From: Octopus bimaculoides
Taxonomy: Eukaryota
Length of the DNA: 64,000 nucleotides
Assembly (NCBI RefSeq): GCF_001194135.2
Contig: NC_068984.1
Span: forward strand, 99,095,251-99,159,250
Direction of reading: 5' to 3'
Positions 61,030-64,000 of the stretch are shown here, piece by piece (the stretch's first letter is position 1; each line of letters opens with the position of its first letter). Both the position numbers and the translations under genes were made by a program. The notes under the pieces are model-generated. The model worked only from the letters and a program-made list of their open reading frames with translations, was not told the origin of the DNA and made no database searches.

Positions 61030-61666
61030 CTTTCTATAGACACACAGGTCTATAGAATCTTTTATAGTGTACTGCAGATGTTCTAGAAAGTGCTATAGAA
61101 ATTCTAAATAGTTTTCTATAGTTTTATATAAGCTTCTACACATTTCTATAATGTATTCTGTACACTTTGTCTCCTATATACTTCTATAGTACCTTCTAAG
61201 CATTTTTAATGTTTTCTATATCCTTTTTCATTATCTTCTATACATTTCTACTGTCTTTTATACATTTCTACATTATCTACTACACTGTTCTACAGTGTCT
61301 TCTAGACAACTTCTACAGTGTCTTCCAAGTATTTCTTCAGTGTTTTCTTTACACTTCTACATTATCTTCTACACACTTCTACATTACCTTCTACACACTT
61401 CTACATTATCTTCTATACACTTCCACCATGTTTTCTAGACACTTCTACATTATCTTCTACACACTTCTACATTACCTTCTACACACTTGTACATTATCTT
61501 CTATACACTTCCACCTTGTTTTCTAGACACTTCTACATTATCTTCTACACACTTCTACATTACCTTCTACACACTTCTACATTATCTTCTATACACTTCC
61601 ACCATGTTTTCTGGACACTTCTACATTATCTTCTATACACTTCTACATTACCTTCTACACACTTGT
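61030..61666. repeat. 22-bp minisatellite with an 88-bp four-monomer higher-order repeat
   Basis: Monomers acacttctacattatcttctac, acacttctacattaccttctac, acacttctacattatcttctat and acacttccaccatgttttctag. Higher-order copies start at 61351, 61439, 61527 and 61615. Confidence 0.92.
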
Positions 61667-62379
61667 NNNNNNNNNNNNNNNNNNNNNNNNNNNNNNNNNN
61701 NNNNNNNNNNNNNNNNNNNNNNNNNNNNNNNNNNNNNNNNNNNNNNNNNNNNNNNNNNNNNNNNNNNNNNNNNNNNNNNNNNNNNNNNNNNNNNNNNNNN
61801 NNNNNNNNNNNNNNNNNNNNNNNNNNNNNNNNNNNNNNNNNNNNNNNNNNNNNNNNNNNNNNNNNNNNNNNNNNNNNNNNNNNNNNNNNNNNNNNNNNNN
61901 NNNNNNNNNNNNNNNNNNNNNNNNNNNNNNNNNNNNNNNNNNNNNNNNNNNNNNNNNNNNNNNNNNNNNNNNNNNNNNNNNNNNNNNNNNNNNNNNNNNN
62001 NNNNNNNNNNNNNNNNNNNNNNNNNNNNNNNNNNNNNNNNNNNNNNNNNNNNNNNNNNNNNNNNNNNNNNNNNNNNNNNNNNNNNNNNNNNNNNNNNNNN
62101 NNNNNNNNNNNNNNNNNNNNNNNNNNNNNNNNNNNNNNNNNNNNNNNNNNNNNNNNNNNNNNNNNNNNNNNNNNNNNNATGTGTTTTTGTTATTAATGTT
62201 GTTGTTGTCACTGATGTAGTTGTTGAAACTCAGGATGTAGTTGATTTCATTAATGCTGTTAGTGTTGTTCACTGATTCTAGTTCTATTCCCTGTTGTGCT
62301 CACTTTCACATAAAATATGTTTGAAATAATAAATTTCATTGACAATTGTTTACTATTGGTGGAGCTGGTGGGGTGAAGG

Positions 62380-62620
62380 AGGATATTTGTGATGATGATG
62401 GTGATGATGATGATATTACTATAAACAATGATGATAGTGATGACGATGGTAATGATCATGATTACTATGAAAGTAAATGATGATGATGATGATGATGATG
62501 ACGATGATGACGATGACGATGACAACAACAACAATGATGATGATGACAATGATGACAATAATGACGATGACGACGATGATAATGATGATGATGACGACAA
62601 TGATGATAATACTGCAGAAG
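62380..62620. repeat. (GAT/GAC/AAT)n degenerate trinucleotide array
   Basis: Read directly from the sequence. Confidence 0.9.
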
Positions 62621-62855
62621 ATGAAGACATAAAAAGTTGTAACCAAATACCGTTTTGTCTGGCATTTTATCAACTACATCAAGTATAAAATGAGGAGGGG
62701 TGGATTATAGCAATGACAATAAAGAAATAACAAGAAACAATTTTTAAATGGAGTTAGTGCACATTATATGGAATAATTTAGTGTACTTCATGTTAAACCC
62801 AGGATTACCCTTGGCAATCCAAAGTCAGTGACCATGCCCTACAGCTATATAGAAG

Positions 62856-63130
62856 AGGTAGACTAGGTTGTTGACAGTTAAGTATCAGGGTTATGGACAC
62901 AGTACAGTGGTAAGACTTGGTCCTTAAAAGGTGTTTTGGTTTTGGGTACAGTAAAGTGTACTGTATCACATTGTTGTATCAACTTACAACAGGATGGCAG
63001 ATTGTTATGTGTGTTGGTTATGGACAGAATACAGCAAATTATATCACACTGTGATACCTACATATAGTGTGATAAGCTCTATACTGTTACCATAACGAAT
63101 ACACTTAACTGTTAGCAGCCCAGTCTACCT
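62856..63130. mobile_element. Old MITE-like element with degenerate terminal inverted repeats of about 50 bp
   Basis: aggtagactaggttgttgacagttaagtatcagggttatggacacagta versus the reverse complement of tactgttaccataacgaatacacttaactgttagcagcccagtctacct. No clear TSD. Confidence 0.5.
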
Positions 63131-63949
63131 AAATGTATGTAGGTACCACTTTCTGTTGACAATTCAGATCTACCCTCTGACAGTTGTGTCAGCATTGTGA
63201 AGTGATAAGACACTAGTCAGTTTTAGAGGGCTACCAATGTTTACTGTGATCTACTATTCCGATATAAGCTTCTTTCTCATGGCTAAATAAACTGAGCTAA
63301 TAAGAGAGGTAAGATCTGTGGCTGAAATGTAAGGGTTGTAGCCAAGATGTAAGAGTTGTGGCCCTTAGTCTAAAGGTGACAAACTGGCAGACTTGTTAGA
63401 GCATTGAACAAAATGCTTTGTAGTATATGTTCCAACTCTCTACACTTTGCTTTGCATCCTTTTTGTACAACAATGGACTGATTGAACTGTTAAAATGTCA
63501 GACAGGATGCCTTGTAGACTTGTTTCAGTGCTTTGTACTCTGAATTTCAAATCCTGCCATGTCCTACATAAGTGGTAGATTTTATTGATTGCCAACGTGT
63601 TGGGTGCCTTGAGTCAGGTTTCAGCTTTTAAGATAATTCCCCACCCCACCAATCTCAGATTTCTTATAAAAGGATCATGAGCACTGCCTTCCCACTAGAT
63701 TAAAAATTTACAAAATGTGTGATGTTACATGGTTGTGAGTCTGGAGTTTTGAATGAGGAAGGGATAGGTAAAACATGGAGAGAAATGGGGTGACTGCATT
63801 CTGTTGGATGTTTCAGATTAACCTACATGGAAGGTGGAATACATGTTAGCTGAGAGAAACAGAGAGAGAGAGAGAGAGAGAGAATAGTAAAGACATGAAA
63901 TGAAGGTTTGCAGAAGAGAAGATTGAGTCTAGTATGTATAAATGTATAA

Positions 63950-64000
63950 GGATCTTCTTTGGTTATGAATAACCATAGGATTGTACCTAGAAAGCTACCC
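63950..64000 (-). mobile_element. 3' end of the SINE family seen at 5992-6302, cut by the window edge
   Basis: ggttatgaataaccataggattgtacctagaaagctaccc matches 5998-6035. Confidence 0.7.

Noticed and set aside
61351-61666. Regularly spaced repeats suggesting a CRISPR array
   Set aside because: No unique spacers, no cas genes and a eukaryotic context. It is a minisatellite.

Overview
AT-rich, repeat-dense eukaryotic genomic DNA from a draft assembly with many N-gaps. The repeat repertoire (tRNA-derived SINEs with CA, GAT or TAA tails, Deu/Nin-domain SINEs, R4/Dong-like and Hero-like LINEs, Penelope elements, mariners, very long microsatellites) suggests a coleoid cephalopod such as Octopus; this is an inference. 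No complete host gene is visible, only weak candidate exons. Nearly all long ORFs in the track are microsatellite or N-gap artefacts or decayed transposon ORFs. Identifiable content: four mariner remnants and one maT (DD37D) remnant, three Penelope-like elements with GIY-YIG domains, five R4/Dong-like and one Hero-like REL-endonuclease LINE remnants, a near full-length decayed CR1-group LINE, RTE fragments, an internally deleted Ty3/Gypsy LTR element with PBS and PPT, a non-autonomous Helitron, many SINEs and a 22-bp minisatellite with an 88-bp higher-order unit. The most interesting signal is at least seven type-I hammerhead ribozyme motifs, found by eye in six unrelated short repeat contexts. 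These include a tRNA-headed SINE carrying a hammerhead, a 360-bp partial tandem repeat with a canonical hammerhead, and an ORF-less repeat with hammerheads on both strands. Boundaries of decayed repeats are approximate (about 10-50 bp).
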